Below are positions 1 to 13,169 of a DNA stretch of 64,000 nucleotides, one piece after another. Source of the DNA: Thermoanaerobaculia bacterium (lineage in GTDB: Bacteria; Acidobacteriota; Thermoanaerobaculia; Multivoradales; Multivoraceae). The notes beneath the pieces are model-generated. The model was not told where the DNA came from and ran no database searches. It was given only the letters and a program-made list of their open reading frames with translations. The translations under genes were made by a program, and so were the position numbers. Every line of letters starts with the position of its first letter. The first letter of the stretch is position 1. The stretch lies in the NCBI GenBank assembly GCA_942492505.1, contig CALOFD010000013.1, positions 10,756-74,755 of the forward strand, written 5' to 3'.

Positions 1-879
1 AAGGTCTTCCCCGGCGACACCCTCGTGAAGATCCCGCGCGAGACCACGAAGACCAAGGACATCACCGGCGGTCTGCCGCGTGTCCAGGAACTCTTCGAGG
101 CTCGCACGCCTCGCGAGCCCGCGGTCATCACCGAGATCGACGGCGTCATCCGCCTCGGCGAGATCGTCAAGGGCATGCGCGAGGTGACCGTCGAGAACGA
201 CGCCGGCGAAGCCCGGATCTACAAGATCCCGCGCTACATCCACGTCAACGTCCAGGAGGGCGAGTACGTGGAGGCCGGGGATGCGTTGATCGACGGCCCG
301 ATCAACCCGCACGATGTCCTGCAGGTGCTGGGTGAGAAGGAGCTGCAGCGCTACCTCGTGGACAAGATCCAGGAGGTCTATCGTTCCCAGTCCGTCGCCA
401 TCAACGACAAGCACATCGAGGTCATCGTCCGCCAGATGATGCGCTCGGTGAAGATCGAGGAGGTCGGCGACACCGACTTCCTGATCGACGAGCAGGTCGA
501 TCGTTGGCGCTTCCAGGAGGAGAACGAACGCGTGTTGGCCGCCAGCGGTCAGCCGGCGATCGGTCAGCCTCTGCTGCTGGGTATCACCAAGGCCTCGTTG
601 TCGACCGAGAGCTTCGTCTCGGCGGCTTCGTTCCAGGAGACCACCCGGGTTCTCACCGAGGCGGCGATCAGCGGTCGTGTCGACTTGCTGCGCGGCCTCA
701 AGGAGAACGTCATCGTCGGCCGCCTGATCCCGGCCGGCACCGGCATGGAGCTCTACCACGACCACCATCTCACCGAAGAGCCGGTGATGACGGAGGAAGA
801 GCAGGACGCCGAGATGTTCTTCGAGTTCGGAGATCAGGAGATCCGGACCATGCCCCAGGAGCTCGCTTCGACCGATTAG
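1..879 (+). CDS. rpoC: DNA-directed RNA polymerase subunit beta', C-terminal fragment (5' end upstream of window)
   Basis: Frame 1 is open from nt 1 to TAG 877-879. Conserved beta' C-terminal motifs are present ([47 protein letters not shown]). Confidence 0.95.
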   Translation, partial: KVFPGDTLVKIPRETTKTKDITGGLPRVQELFEARTPREPAVITEIDGVIRLGEIVKGMREVTVENDAGEARIYKIPRYIHVNVQEGEYVEAGDALIDGPINPHDVLQVLGEKELQRYLVDKIQEVYRSQSVAINDKHIEVIVRQMMRSVKIEEVGDTDFLIDEQVDRWRFQEENERVLAASGQPAIGQPLLLGITKASLSTESFVSAASFQETTRVLTEAAISGRVDLLRGLKENVIVGRLIPAGTGMELYHDHHLTEEPVMTEEEQDAEMFFEFGDQEIRTMPQELASTD

Positions 880-942
880 GAGCCAGGCGACAGAGCCGAC
901 GGCTTCGGCGCTCGAGAACTTGCTTCTCCGACGCCGAAACCG

Positions 943-971
943 TTGACGCGCCTGGCTCGAAGTGCTACCGT
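943..971 (+). promoter_or_regulatory. Candidate sigma70-type promoter of the str operon (TTGACG-17 nt-TACCGT)
   Basis: The hexamers and 17-nt spacer were read directly in the rpoC-rpsL gap. The same architecture recurs upstream of lexA and the ilv leader. Confidence 0.35.
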
Positions 972-1127
972 AGGCGGGTTGCGCCTTAGTTCCCGTCTTC
1001 GGGCCACAGCGCTTTCTCAACTCAAAACACGAACTCGTCCCCCGTAAGTACGGGTGCGGCAACTCACGAGAGACTCAGTCCCGTCTCGGGGCCGTGGCTC
1101 CGATTGTTTTAGGAGACATCTTCAGCA

Positions 1128-1502
1128 ATGCCGACGATTCATCAACTCGTGCGCAAGGGGCGCCGGCGTCAGACCGCCAAGACCAAGAGCCCCGCGTTGC
1201 AGGGATCGCCGCAGAAGCGAGGCGTTTGTGTTCGTGTCTACACGCAGACGCCGAAGAAGCCGAACTCGGCTCTGCGCAAGGTGGCCCGCGTCCGTCTGAC
1301 CAACGGCATCGAGGTCACGACCTACATTCCCGGAGTGGGACACAACCTGCAAGAGCACTCCATCGTTCTCATCCGTGGAGGCCGAGTGAAGGACCTCCCC
1401 GGTGTCCGCTACCACGTGATCCGCGGCACGCTCGACTCGGTCGGAGTCGACGCCCGTCGTCGTGGACGCTCGAAGTACGGCGCCAAGCGCCCCAAGTCCT
1501 GA
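1128..1502 (+). CDS. rpsL: 30S ribosomal protein S12
   Basis: 124-aa [15 protein letters not shown]...[10 protein letters not shown]...VRYHVIRG, a canonical S12 sequence in the canonical position. Confidence 0.97.
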   Translation: MPTIHQLVRKGRRRQTAKTKSPALQGSPQKRGVCVRVYTQTPKKPNSALRKVARVRLTNGIEVTTYIPGVGHNLQEHSIVLIRGGRVKDLPGVRYHVIRGTLDSVGVDARRRGRSKYGAKRPKS

Positions 1503-1515
1503 GGATCGATCGGTT

Positions 1516-1986
1516 ATGCCCAGACGCAGAGAAGTTCCCAAGCGCGAGATCCTTCCGGATCCGCTCTACAAGTCCCAGATCGTCACTCGATTCGTCAACG
1601 TCATCATGCGCGACGGCAAGAAGTCGACCGCCGAGCGCATTCTCTACGATGCCCTGGCAACGATCGAGGAGCGCACCAAGGAAGACCCGATGAAGGTCTT
1701 CCAGCGCGCGATCGAGAACGTCAAGCCCGCCGTCGAGGTGAAGTCGCGGCGCGTCGGTGGCTCGACCTACCAGATCCCGGTCGAGGTTCGTCCGTCGCGG
1801 CGTCTGGCGCTCTCGATGCGCTGGATCCTGATCAACGCCCGCAAGCGCAGCGAACGCACGATGAGCGCCAAGATGGCCGGCGAACTGATGGACGCGGCCG
1901 AGCATCGTGGTGCTGCAGTGAAGAAGAGAGAAGACACCCATCGGATGGCGGACGCCAACAAGGCGTACTCGCACTACCGCTGGTAG
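1516..1986 (+). CDS. rpsG: 30S ribosomal protein S7
   Basis: ATG at 1516 gives [16 protein letters not shown]...YSHYRW (156 aa). It lies 13 nt after the rpsL stop. Confidence 0.95.
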   Translation: MPRRREVPKREILPDPLYKSQIVTRFVNVIMRDGKKSTAERILYDALATIEERTKEDPMKVFQRAIENVKPAVEVKSRRVGGSTYQIPVEVRPSRRLALSMRWILINARKRSERTMSAKMAGELMDAAEHRGAAVKKREDTHRMADANKAYSHYRW

Positions 1987-2080
1987 TCCCGGCTCGAGAA
2001 CTCAATCGGCGAGGCATTCGCCGCCCTTCGGCGGACAACAGTCTCGACCTCGAACTTGAAGAATCTGAAGGCAACAAATC

Positions 2081-4165
2081 ATGGCACGCAAGGTACCGCT
2101 GGAGCGGATTCGCAATATCGGCATCATGGCCCACATCGATGCCGGCAAGACCACGACGACTGAGCGGATCCTCTATTACACCGGCGTCAGTTACAAGATC
2201 GGTGAAGTCCACGATGGCGCAGCCACGATGGACTGGATGATCCAGGAGCAGGAGCGCGGCATCACCATCACGGCCGCCGCGACGACCTGTTTCTGGAAGG
2301 ACTATCGGATCAACATCATCGACACTCCGGGCCACGTCGACTTCACCGCTGAAGTCGAGCGTTCGCTGAGAGTCCTCGACGGTGCTGTCGCGGTGTTCGA
2401 TGCCGTTGCCGGCGTCGAGCCGCAGTCCGAGACCGTCTGGCGCCAGGCCAACAAGTACCACGTACCGCGCATCGCCTTCGTCAACAAGATGGACCGCGTC
2501 GGCGCCAACTTCAAGCGCACCGTCGACATGATGGTCAGTCGCCTCGACGGCCGTCCGGTGGCCCTCCAGCTGCCGTGGGGCATCGAGGAGAACCTCCAGG
2601 GTGTCATCGATCTGGTCGAGATGAAGGCTGTTCACTACTCGGGTGACAACCTCGGCGCCGACTACAGCATGGTCGACATCCCCGAGGACCTGCAGGCCGA
2701 GGCCGAGGAGTGGCGCGAGAAGATGGTCGCCGCGGTTGCCGAGACCGACGAGGGTCTGCTCGAGAAGTACCTCTCCGGCGACGAGATCGGCAACGACGAG
2801 CTGCGAGCCGCCATCCGGCGCGCCACGATCGCCGACCAGCTGCATCCCGTTCTGTGCGGCAGCGCGTTCAAGAACAAGGGCGTGCAGCCGTTGCTCGACG
2901 CCGTCATCGAGTTCCTGCCTTCGCCGATCGAAGTCGCTTCGGTCGAGGGTCATCTGCCCGGCGACGAGGAGAGTGTCGAGACTCGCGAGACCTCCGACAA
3001 GGACCCGTTCTCGGCCCTGGTCTTCAAGATCATGACCGACCCCTTCGTCGGTCAGCTCGCCTACATCCGCGTCTACTCGGGCGGCATCCGCACGGGCGAC
3101 AGCATCCTCAACGCCGCTCACGGAAAGAAGGAGCGGGTCGGTCGTCTCCTCAAGATGCACGCCGACAAGCGCGAAGAGATCGAGCAGGTCTGGTCCGGCG
3201 ATATCGCTGCCGCCGTCGGGCTGAAGGACGTCCACACGGGCGACACCATCTGCGATCCCAACCACCCGATCATCCTCGAGGCGATGACCTTCCCGGAACC
3301 CGTCATGTCGGTTTCGATCGAGCTCAAGGCGAAGGCCGACCAGGGCAAGATGTCGATGGCGTTGGCGAAGCTCATGAAGGAAGACCCCACCTTCCAGGTG
3401 CGGACCGACCATGAGACCGGCCAGACCCTGATCTCCGGCATGGGCGAGCTCCACCTCGAGATCATCACGGATCGCCTGATCCGGGAGTTCGGAGTCGAGG
3501 GCAACATCGGCAAGCCCCAGGTCGCGTACCGCGAATCGGTCACCCGTGAAGCCAAGGGAGACGGGCGCTTCGTTCGTCAGTCCGGCGGTCGCGGTCAGTT
3601 CGGCCACTGCCAGATCATCCTGCGGCCGGCCGATCCCGAGGGCCCGGAGCTGATCTTCAACAACCAGATCGTCGGTGGCTCCATCCCGAAGGAATTCATC
3701 AAGCCGATCGAGCAGGGCATCCGCGAGGCGATGGAGACCGGACCGCTGGCGGGCTATCCGCTGACGGCCGTCGAGGTCGATCTCTACGACGGCTCCTTCC
3801 ACGAGGTCGACTCCTCCGAGGTGGCGTTCAAGATCGCCGGATCGATGGCGTTCCAGGACGCCACCCGCAAGGCGGCTCCGGTTCTCCTCGAGCCGGTGAT
3901 GGCGGTCGAGACGACGACGCCCGAGGAGTACATGGGCGACGTCATCGGCGACCTCAATTCCCGCCGCGGGCGGATTTCCGAGATGGAGCCGCGCGGCAAC
4001 GTGCAGGTGATTTCAGCGAAAGTTCCACTGGGCGAGATGTTCGGCTACACCACCGACCTGCGCTCGTTGACCCAGGGACGCGCGACCTCGGTGATGCAGT
4101 TCCATGCCTACGAGCCCGCGCCCAAGAACGTTTGTGACGAGGTCGTCGCGAAAGCCGCCGGCTGA
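2081..4165 (+). CDS. fusA: Elongation factor G
   Basis: 694-aa intact ORF. G domain [31 protein letters not shown]; canonical position after rpsG. Confidence 0.97.
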   Translation: MARKVPLERIRNIGIMAHIDAGKTTTTERILYYTGVSYKIGEVHDGAATMDWMIQEQERGITITAAATTCFWKDYRINIIDTPGHVDFTAEVERSLRVLDGAVAVFDAVAGVEPQSETVWRQANKYHVPRIAFVNKMDRVGANFKRTVDMMVSRLDGRPVALQLPWGIEENLQGVIDLVEMKAVHYSGDNLGADYSMVDIPEDLQAEAEEWREKMVAAVAETDEGLLEKYLSGDEIGNDELRAAIRRATIADQLHPVLCGSAFKNKGVQPLLDAVIEFLPSPIEVASVEGHLPGDEESVETRETSDKDPFSALVFKIMTDPFVGQLAYIRVYSGGIRTGDSILNAAHGKKERVGRLLKMHADKREEIEQVWSGDIAAAVGLKDVHTGDTICDPNHPIILEAMTFPEPVMSVSIELKAKADQGKMSMALAKLMKEDPTFQVRTDHETGQTLISGMGELHLEIITDRLIREFGVEGNIGKPQVAYRESVTREAKGDGRFVRQSGGRGQFGHCQIILRPADPEGPELIFNNQIVGGSIPKEFIKPIEQGIREAMETGPLAGYPLTAVEVDLYDGSFHEVDSSEVAFKIAGSMAFQDATRKAAPVLLEPVMAVETTTPEEYMGDVIGDLNSRRGRISEMEPRGNVQVISAKVPLGEMFGYTTDLRSLTQGRATSVMQFHAYEPAPKNVCDEVVAKAAG

Positions 4166-4193
4166 TCGCTAGACCGAAACCAGGAGTAGAGAG

Positions 4194-5387
<1,194 letters not shown>

Positions 5388-5417
5388 CGAGTCGTAACCG
5401 GTACCGAGGACAGCGAT

Positions 5418-5735
<318 letters not shown>

Positions 5736-5745
5736 GAGCGCTCCG

Positions 5746-6375
5746 ATGCCTGGAATTCTCGGTCGAAAAGTGGGCATGACCCAGATCTATGGTGAGGACG
5801 GCGTCGTCGTCCCCGTCACCCTGATCCATGCCGGCCCGTGCGTCGTCTTGCAGCGCAAGACGCAGGACAGTGACGGCTACGAGGCGGTCCAGGTCGGCCT
5901 GGTGGAGGCGAAGCCGCCCCGCAAGGTCAGCCAGCCGCAGCGCGGTCACTTCAAGAAGGCCGGCGCCGATCCGGTGCGGACGATCGAAGAGTTCCGCGTC
6001 GACGCCGGCGACGAACTCGGAGTCGGAGATGAGATCAAGGTCTCGGTCTTCGGTGAGAACGACTTCGTCGACATCGTCGGCACCAGCAAGGGCAAGGGTT
6101 TCCAGGGCGTGATGAAGCGTCACAACTTCGGCGGCGGCCGTGCGACCCACGGTTCGATGTTCCATCGTGCTCCGGGCTCGATCGGCCAGGCCTCCTACCC
6201 GTCGCGTGTCTTCCCCGGCGTGAAGCTGCCCGGACAGATGGGCAACAAGCGCATCACCATGAAGAACCTGCGCGTCGTGAAGATCGACGAGGACCAGAAC
6301 CTGCTCTACATCCGCGGTGCAGTTCCGGGCGCTCGCGGCAGCTACGTCACCGTTCGGTCGGCGAAGAAGGGTTGA
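5746..6375 (+). CDS. rplC: 50S ribosomal protein L3
   Basis: ATG at 5746 gives [15 protein letters not shown]...; the upstream part of the 5701 ORF overlaps rpsJ and is not L3-like. Confidence 0.95.
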   Translation: MPGILGRKVGMTQIYGEDGVVVPVTLIHAGPCVVLQRKTQDSDGYEAVQVGLVEAKPPRKVSQPQRGHFKKAGADPVRTIEEFRVDAGDELGVGDEIKVSVFGENDFVDIVGTSKGKGFQGVMKRHNFGGGRATHGSMFHRAPGSIGQASYPSRVFPGVKLPGQMGNKRITMKNLRVVKIDEDQNLLYIRGAVPGARGSYVTVRSAKKG

Positions 6376-6382
6376 AGTCGAG

Positions 6383-7007
6383 ATGAAGTTGCAAGTCAAG
6401 AACCTCTCCAGCGACAGCGTCGGTGAGATCGAAGTGCCCGACGAGGTCTTCGACTACCCGCTGAAGAAGGACCTCATCCACGGTGCCGTGGTGGCGCTTC
6501 AGGCCTCCTGGCGCGCCGGCACGCATTCGGCGAAGAATCGCACCGAGGTGGCGGGCTCGAACAAGAAGCTCTATCGCCAGAAGGGCACCGGCCGCGCCCG
6601 TGTGGGGCGAGCCGCCAGTCCGATTCGTCGGGGTGGGGGTACGGCCCACGGACCGCAGCCGCGCAGCTACGAGAAGGGCTTCAGTCGGCGTGAGAAGCGT
6701 AACGCTCTCAAGTCGGCCCTGTCCCAGAAAGTGCGTGACGAACAGCTGATCGTCGTCGATCAGCTCGACCTCGACAGTCACAAGACCGCGGCCTCTGGCC
6801 GGGCAGCTCGCGGAGCTCGGTGTCGAGGGCAAGGCGTTGGTCGTCGATCGGCACGAGAACGGCAATCTGCTGCTCGCGACGGGCAACAACCCGTCCCTCA
6901 AGACGGTCGATGCGCTGGGCGTCAACGTCTACGACGTGGTGGACCGCTCCTGGATGGTGACCAGCCAGGGCGCGCTCGAGCGGCTCGTCGAGGTGCTCTC
7001 CAAATGA
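6383..7007 (+). CDS. rplD: 50S ribosomal protein L4, frame-disrupted as written (one extra nt near 6788-6796)
   Basis: The N-terminal 135 codons (MKLQVKNL...DLDSHKT) are in the frame of 6383. The L4-like C-terminus [18 protein letters not shown]...[10 protein letters not shown] is in the +1 frame and ends at TGA 7005-7007. 625 nt minus 1 gives 208 codons. Confidence 0.85.
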
Positions 7008-7291
7008 GAATCCAGGAAGTCATTCGCCGCCCGCTCATCACCGAGAAGGCGACCGAGTTGTCGACGCTCAACGTGATCGCCTTCGAGGTCGACCGACGCG
7101 CCAACAAGATCCAGATCCGACGCGCGGTCGAGTCGCAGTTCGACCGCAAGGTGGCCGAGGTCCGCGTTGCCAACATGCACGGCAAGGAGCGTCGCCAGGG
7201 GCGCTACGTCGGGCACCAGCCGGACTGGAAGAAGGCCTACGTTCGCCTGGCCGCCGGTGAGAAACCCATCGAGTTCTTCGAGGGAGTGTAG
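7004..7291 (+). CDS. rplW: 50S ribosomal protein L23
   Basis: [19 protein letters not shown]...; its ATG overlaps the rplD stop (ATGA). Confidence 0.93.
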   Translation: MRIQEVIRRPLITEKATELSTLNVIAFEVDRRANKIQIRRAVESQFDRKVAEVRVANMHGKERRQGRYVGHQPDWKKAYVRLAAGEKPIEFFEGV

Positions 7292-7295
7292 AGAG

Positions 7296-8123
7296 ATGGC
7301 AGTACGAAAGTCGAAACCGACCAGCCCCGCGCGGCGTTTCCAGGAGTTCTCCTCGTTCAACGAGGTGACGACTGCGAAGGCCCACAAGCCGCTGACCGAG
7401 GGCAAGAAGCGCGGCGGCGGCCGTGGCAACACCGGGCGGACGACCGTTCGCTTCAAGGGCGGCGGTCACAAGCGGCTCTATCGCATCATGGATTTCCGCC
7501 GCGACAAGCTCGGCGTTCCCGCGACGGTGGCGTCGATCGAGTACGACCCGAACCGGTCCGCTCGCATCTGCCTGCTGCACTACGCCGACGGCGAGAAGCG
7601 CTACATCCTCTGGCCGCACGGCCTGAAGGTCGGCGACTCGGTGACGTCGGGTCCCGACGCCGAGATCAACCTGGGCAATGCCCTGCCGATCTCTGCGATC
7701 CCCCTCGGCACGGTCGTGCACAACATCGAACTGCGCCCCGGCAAGGGTGGGCAGATGGTGCGCAGCGCCGGCGGCAGCGCTCAGCTGATGGCCAAGGAGG
7801 GCGCCTACGCCCAGATCCGACTTCCTTCCGGGGAGCAGCGCCGGGTGCTCACGACCTGCTACGCCACGGTCGGTCAGGTCGGCAACCTGGATCATTCGAA
7901 CATTTCTCTCGGCAAGGCCGGGCGGAGTCGTTGGCTCGGCCGTCGTCCCCACAACCGGGGCGTCAGCATGAACCCCGTCGATCATCCGATGGGCGGCGGT
8001 GAAGGCAAGTCCTCCGGCGGTCGGCACCCCACCACCCCCTGGGGTCAGCCGACCAAGGGCTATCGCACACGCAGCAACAAGCGCACGGACGGCATGATCG
8101 TCCGACGTCGCTACAAGAAGTAG
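7296..8123 (+). CDS. rplB: 50S ribosomal protein L2
   Basis: ATG at 7296 gives [16 protein letters not shown]...[18 protein letters not shown] (275 aa). Confidence 0.96.
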   Translation: MAVRKSKPTSPARRFQEFSSFNEVTTAKAHKPLTEGKKRGGGRGNTGRTTVRFKGGGHKRLYRIMDFRRDKLGVPATVASIEYDPNRSARICLLHYADGEKRYILWPHGLKVGDSVTSGPDAEINLGNALPISAIPLGTVVHNIELRPGKGGQMVRSAGGSAQLMAKEGAYAQIRLPSGEQRRVLTTCYATVGQVGNLDHSNISLGKAGRSRWLGRRPHNRGVSMNPVDHPMGGGEGKSSGGRHPTTPWGQPTKGYRTRSNKRTDGMIVRRRYKK

Positions 8124-8132
8124 GCGGGCAAG

Positions 8133-8418
<286 letters not shown>

Positions 8419-8435
8419 GGGAGAGGGAGTTGACG

Positions 8436-8789
8436 ATGGAATTTACAGCACGACTCCGCTACCTGCAGGGTTCACCGCAGAAGGTGCGCCTGGTTGCGGA
8501 CCTCATCCGCGGCAAGGACGTCCAGGTGGCCTCGAACCTCCTGCAGTTGTCGACCAAGTCGGCGGCCGTCGATATCCGCAAGCTGCTCAACTCGGCGATC
8601 GCCAACGCCGAGAACCGCGACGAGCAGATCGATATCGATCGGCTCTACGTGAAGGAGATCTTCGTCGACAAGGGGCCGGTGGCAAAGCGCTTCCGGCCGC
8701 AGCCCCAGGGCCGCGCCTTCCCGATCCTCAAACGACAGAGTCACGTGACCATCAAGCTCGATACCCGCGAAGCGGACGTTGCCGAGTAG
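8436..8789 (+). CDS. rplV: 50S ribosomal protein L22
   Basis: ATG at 8436, preceded by GGGGAGAGGGAG; [27 protein letters not shown]... (117 aa). Confidence 0.92.
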   Translation: MEFTARLRYLQGSPQKVRLVADLIRGKDVQVASNLLQLSTKSAAVDIRKLLNSAIANAENRDEQIDIDRLYVKEIFVDKGPVAKRFRPQPQGRAFPILKRQSHVTIKLDTREADVAE

Positions 8790-8816
8790 ACGACAGGAAA
8801 AGAACGGAGAGAACTA

Positions 8817-9474
8817 GTGGGTCAGAAGACACATCCCTACGGCTTTCGCCTGGTCTACAACAAGAGCTGGCATTCCCGCTGGTTCGCAGAGCAAGGACTA
8901 CGCCGAGACGCTTGCGACCAGGACCTGAAGCTGCGTCGACCGACCTGAAGAAGCGGCTCTTCAGCATGCCGGTGTCAGCGAGGTCGACATCGAGCGCGCC
9001 GCCGACCAGCTGCGCGTCACCATCTACACCGCGCGTCCGGGCATCATCATCGGTCGCAAGGGCGCCGAGGTGGACAAGCTGCGCGACGACCTGCAGAAGC
9101 GCATGGGTCGGCCGGTGCACATCAACATCCAGGAGATCCAGCGTCCTGAACTCGACGCCCAACTGGTCGCCGAGAACCTGGCGCAGCAGCTGCAGCGCCG
9201 GATCGCCTTCCGTCGTGCGATGAAGAAGTCGATGGAATCGGCGTTCCGCTTCGGCGCGAAGGGCGTGAAGGTCATGATCGCCGGTCGTCTCGGAGGTTCC
9301 GAGATCGCCCGCACCGAGTGGTACCAGGAAGGACGCCTGCCGCTCCACACCTTGAAGGCCGAGATCGACTACGGCTTTGCCGAATCCCGCACCACCGCGG
9401 GTGTCGTCGGCTGCAAGGTGTGGGTCTACAAGGGCGATCTACAGCGCGAGAGAGGCCGTCGGGCGCAGGCCTGA
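8817..9474 (+). CDS. rpsC: 30S ribosomal protein S3, frame-disrupted as written (four frame changes within 8890-8968)
   Basis: GTG at 8817 gives [26 protein letters not shown]3-like segments [23 protein letters not shown] and [32 protein letters not shown]... then lie in frames 1, 0, 2 and 1 respectively. The C-terminal 134 aa (ORF 9070-9474) are intact. Confidence 0.85.
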
Positions 9475-9503
9475 CAGCCTTCAACTAGAGGAGAGCACCA
9501 GCC

Positions 9504-9923
<420 letters not shown>

Positions 9924-9941
9924 GCGCTGAAGGATAGATCG

Positions 9942-10139
9942 ATGAAAGTCACCGAATTGAGAGAAATGACGGTCGAAGAGCTGAAGGCGAAGGAATCCGA
10001 CCTCGCCCAGCAGCTTTTCGCCCTGCGCTTGCAGCAGGTGACGGGTCAGCTCGAGAACCCCGCCAAGCTTCGCCAAGCGCGACGCGACATGGCGCGAGTA
10101 CTGACGGTCTTGAAGGGAACAGGGCAGGCCGAGGGTTGA
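9942..10139 (+). CDS. rpmC: 50S ribosomal protein L29
   Basis: 65-aa [34 protein letters not shown]. Confidence 0.93.
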   Translation: MKVTELREMTVEELKAKESDLAQQLFALRLQQVTGQLENPAKLRQARRDMARVLTVLKGTGQAEG

Positions 10140-10171
10140 GCGACATCAGCTCGATCGAGGAAGGACAACCG

Positions 10172-10450
10172 ATGGAACAGACGCAAACCAGTACCCGCGG
10201 ACGCCGGCAGGTGAAGATCGGCACGGTCGTCAGCGACAAGATGGACAAGACGGTCGTCGTGGCGGTGGAGAACACTGTCGTGCACCGCCTCTACCACCGT
10301 TACACCAAGCGAACTTCGAAGTTCACTGCCCACGACGAGACCAACGAGTGTCGCATCGGCGACCGGGTCGTGCTGATCGCCAGCCGCCCGCTGTCGAAGC
10401 GCAAGCGTTGGCGGGTGCGCGAAGTCGTGCGCCGGGCGGAGGAGAGCTAG
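10172..10450 (+). CDS. rpsQ: 30S ribosomal protein S17 (an alternative TTG start at 10136 overlaps the rpmC stop)
   Basis: ATG at 10172 follows GAAGGA; ...[22 protein letters not shown]...[13 protein letters not shown]. Confidence 0.9.
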   Translation: MEQTQTSTRGRRQVKIGTVVSDKMDKTVVVAVENTVVHRLYHRYTKRTSKFTAHDETNECRIGDRVVLIASRPLSKRKRWRVREVVRRAEES

Positions 10451-10453
10451 GCC

Positions 10454-10822
10454 ATGATTCAGATGGGAACTGTCCTGGACGTCGCCGACAACTCCGGCGC
10501 CAAGAAGATCGCCTGCATCCACCTGCTCGGTGGATCGAGCGGTCGCTATGGCTCGGTCGGGGACGTCATCACGGCTTCCGTCAAGGAGGCTTCCCCCGAC
10601 GGCACCGTCAAGAAGGGCGACGTCGTCAAGGCGGTCATCGTGCGCACGCGCAAGGAGCGTCGTCGCCGCGATGGCAGCTACATCCGCTTCGACACCAACT
10701 CCGCAGTGGTGATCAACGACAACCAGGAACCGGTCGGTACCCGAGTCTTCGGGCCGGTCGCTCGCGAGCTGCGTGAACGTCGGTTCATGAAGATCGTCTC
10801 CCTGGCCCCCGAGGTTCTCTAA
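10454..10822 (+). CDS. rplN: 50S ribosomal protein L14
   Basis: 122-aa [21 protein letters not shown]... Confidence 0.97.
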   Translation: MIQMGTVLDVADNSGAKKIACIHLLGGSSGRYGSVGDVITASVKEASPDGTVKKGDVVKAVIVRTRKERRRRDGSYIRFDTNSAVVINDNQEPVGTRVFGPVARELRERRFMKIVSLAPEVL

Positions 10823-10858
10823 GGAATCGCAGACTCCGGGCTGCAAAGGACAAACGCT

Positions 10859-11179
10859 GTGAAGGTCAAAATCAAGAAGAACGATCAGGTCCAGGTGATC
10901 GCCGGGCGGGATCGGGGAGCGAGCGGCAAGGTGCTGCGCGTCTTCCCGGCCAAGAATGCCGCGATCGTCGAGGGCGTGAACATCATCAAGCGCCACACCC
11001 GCCCGAACCCCCAGAAGGGGATTCAGGGTGGCGTGGTCGAGAAAGAGGCGCCGATCCTGCTCAGCAAGATCAAGTTGATCTGCCCCGAGACCGGGCAGCC
11101 GAGCCGGGTGGGACGCAAGCGCCTCGAGGACGGGACTGGTGCCCGAGTCGTCAAGCGCTCTGGAGCTACCCTCGCCTGA
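10859..11179 (+). CDS. rplX: 50S ribosomal protein L24
   Basis: GTG start; KIKKNDQVQVIAGRDRGASGKVLRV (KOW motif). Confidence 0.93.
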   Translation: MKVKIKKNDQVQVIAGRDRGASGKVLRVFPAKNAAIVEGVNIIKRHTRPNPQKGIQGGVVEKEAPILLSKIKLICPETGQPSRVGRKRLEDGTGARVVKRSGATLA

Positions 11180-11195
11180 GGCGTAGGAGATCGAG

Positions 11196-11798
11196 ATGTC
11201 TGAGAAGAAGAAAGAGACCCTCGCCGTGGAGCCGCGCCTTCGTGTGCTCTACCGTGATCAGGTTCTCCCCGCACTCATGAAGCAGTTCGACATCGACAAC
11301 GTCATGTCGGCTCCGGGGATCGAGAAGATCGTCCTCAACATGGGTCTGGGAGAGGCCAGCGGCAATATCAAGATCCTCGACGCCGCCGTCGAAGAACTGG
11401 GAGCGATGGCCGGCCAGAAGGCGGTGATCACCCGCGCCCGCAAGTCGATCGCGGCGTTCAAGCTGCGCGAAGGCATGCCGATCGGCTGCCGCGTGACGCT
11501 TCGTCGCGAACGGATGTGGGAGTTCCTCGACCGTCTGATCAGTGTGGCGCTGCCGCGAGTGCGCGACTTCCGCGGATTGTCGCCGAAGAGCTTCGATCGT
11601 CGCGGCAACTACACGCTGGGAGTCCTGGACCACCTCATCTTCCCGGAAGTCGACAACGACACCAATGAGGGTTCCAAGGGACTCAACGTTTGTATCGTGA
11701 CCACCGCGGACAACGACGAGCAGGCACTCTCCCTGCTGACCCAACTGGGAATGCCTTTCCGCAAGCCCAACGAAGAGCAGGAAGCAGCAGCATCATGA
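11196..11798 (+). CDS. rplE: 50S ribosomal protein L5
   Basis: 200-aa ORF ...[13 protein letters not shown]...[15 protein letters not shown]... Confidence 0.95.
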   Translation: MSEKKKETLAVEPRLRVLYRDQVLPALMKQFDIDNVMSAPGIEKIVLNMGLGEASGNIKILDAAVEELGAMAGQKAVITRARKSIAAFKLREGMPIGCRVTLRRERMWEFLDRLISVALPRVRDFRGLSPKSFDRRGNYTLGVLDHLIFPEVDNDTNEGSKGLNVCIVTTADNDEQALSLLTQLGMPFRKPNEEQEAAAS

Positions 11799-12193
11799 GC
11801 ATGACCGACCCCATCGCCGATTTCCTCACCCGGATCCGCAACGCGATCATCGCCAAGCAGGACCGCACCGACGTCCCGGTTTCCAAGCTCAAGCTCGAGC
11901 TGTGCCGGATCTTCAAGTCCAACGGATTCATCTCCGACTTCGAGGAGATCGAGGACCAGCCCCAGGGTTGGATCCGCATCTTCCTGAACTATTCGGATGA
12001 TGGAACACCAGCCATTCAGCGCCTTGCCCGGATCTCCAAGCCGGGTCGCCGGGTCTACCGCAGTGCCGACGAACTCCAGCCTGTCCTCAACGGCATCGGC
12101 ATGGGCGTGATCTCGACATCGGCCGGACTCCTGACCCTCGAAGAGGCGAAGGAGCGGGGCATCGGTGGCGAGGTCCTCTGCGAGCTCTGGTAG
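11795..12193 (+). CDS. rpsH: 30S ribosomal protein S8
   Basis: ATG at 11795 overlaps the rplE stop (ATGA); [17 protein letters not shown]...GGEVLCELW. Confidence 0.95.
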   Translation: MSMTDPIADFLTRIRNAIIAKQDRTDVPVSKLKLELCRIFKSNGFISDFEEIEDQPQGWIRIFLNYSDDGTPAIQRLARISKPGRRVYRSADELQPVLNGIGMGVISTSAGLLTLEEAKERGIGGEVLCELW

Positions 12194-12206
12194 GGAGAAC
12201 ACGACG

Positions 12207-12743
12207 ATGTCACGCACAGGCAAACAGCCGATCCCGGTTCCGTCGAACGCCAAAGTCGCGTTCGCGTCCGGTGTGTTCACGGCCGAAGGGCCGAAGGGAA
12301 AGCTGTCGCAGACGGTTTCCGACGCTCTCGATGTGTCCGTCGACGGCGGTGAGATCACCGTGACCCGCAAGAACGATCTCGGCCAGACGCGGGCCTTCCA
12401 CGGTCTCTACCGTGCACTGCTCGCGAACGCGGTGACCGGTGTGACCGAAGGCTTCACCAAGGAACTCGAGATCCACGGCGTCGGCTATCGCGGCGAGGTG
12501 AAGGGTACGAGCGCACACTTCCGTCTCGGCTACTCGCACGAAGTCGTGTACCCCGCTCCCGACGGCATCACCATCGAGATCAACGGCAACAGCATCTCGG
12601 TCAGCGGCTCCGATCGTCAACGGGTCGGTCAGGTCGCAGCCGAAATCCGCAAGCTACGCAAGCCCGATGCCTACAAGGGCAAGGGCATCCGTTACAAAGG
12701 CGAACAGCTTCGCCTCAAGGTCGGTAAGTCCGGCACCAAATAG
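12207..12743 (+). CDS. rplF: 50S ribosomal protein L6
   Basis: ATG at 12207 gives [17 protein letters not shown]... (178 aa). Confidence 0.95.
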   Translation: MSRTGKQPIPVPSNAKVAFASGVFTAEGPKGKLSQTVSDALDVSVDGGEITVTRKNDLGQTRAFHGLYRALLANAVTGVTEGFTKELEIHGVGYRGEVKGTSAHFRLGYSHEVVYPAPDGITIEINGNSISVSGSDRQRVGQVAAEIRKLRKPDAYKGKGIRYKGEQLRLKVGKSGTK

Positions 12744-12760
12744 GGCGGAGTCCAAGAACC

Positions 12761-13147
12761 ATGAGCAGCAACCACAAGAAGAGGATCCAGGAGAAGCGTG
12801 CGCGACGCAAGCGCACTCATCTGAGGGTCCGCAATCGAGTCAAGGGTACGGCGGAACGGCCACGCCTGGCAGTGTTTCGCAGCCTGCGCTATACCTATGC
12901 GCAGGTCATCGACGATCGCACCGGCAACACCCTGGCACAGGCCAACTCTCGCGAGAGCGAGTTGACCCAGGCCGTCGAGGGAGGCAGCGGCAGCGTCGCG
13001 GCGGCGCGAGCCGTCGGCGAGGCGATCGCCGAGCGGGCGAAGGCGAAGGGCGTCGAGTCCGTGGTCTTCGACCGCGGTGGTTTCCTCTATCACGGCAAAG
13101 TCCGCGCCCTCGCCGAGGGTGCGCGCGGTAAGGGCCTGCAGTTCTGA
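12761..13147 (+). CDS. rplR: 50S ribosomal protein L18
   Basis: 128-aa ORF ...[20 protein letters not shown]...[20 protein letters not shown]. Confidence 0.94.
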   Translation: MSSNHKKRIQEKRARRKRTHLRVRNRVKGTAERPRLAVFRSLRYTYAQVIDDRTGNTLAQANSRESELTQAVEGGSGSVAAARAVGEAIAERAKAKGVESVVFDRGGFLYHGKVRALAEGARGKGLQF

Positions 13148-13169
13148 TTCGGATCAGAAGGAGTAGAAC

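Noticed and set aside
886-912. Terminator after rpoC (AGCCGA-cggc-TTCGGCG)
   Set aside because: The stem is short and imperfect and has no U-tract.
1832-3802. Long antisense or alternative-frame ORFs opposite real genes (also 3954-5162, 29305-31410, 34578-36872, 37286-39199, 43935-45590, 47600-49480, 52582-54069, 53166-54716 N-terminal part, 21233-23146)
   Set aside because: These are typical high-GC shadow ORFs. They have Arg/Gly/Pro/Asp-rich low-complexity translations and no motifs, and each overlaps a strongly conserved gene on the other strand or frame.
5388-5417. S10-operon leader / L4 attenuator
   Set aside because: Only 30 nt lie between tuf and rpsJ, so there is no room for the E. 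coli-type leader. rpsJ is probably co-transcribed with tuf.
6785-6797. Programmed ribosomal frameshifting in rplD (and in the other split genes)
   Set aside because: There is no slippery heptamer, no downstream pseudoknot or SD stimulator, and no precedent for these genes. Shift directions are mixed, and in rpsC and leuA the shifts occur several times within tens of nucleotides.
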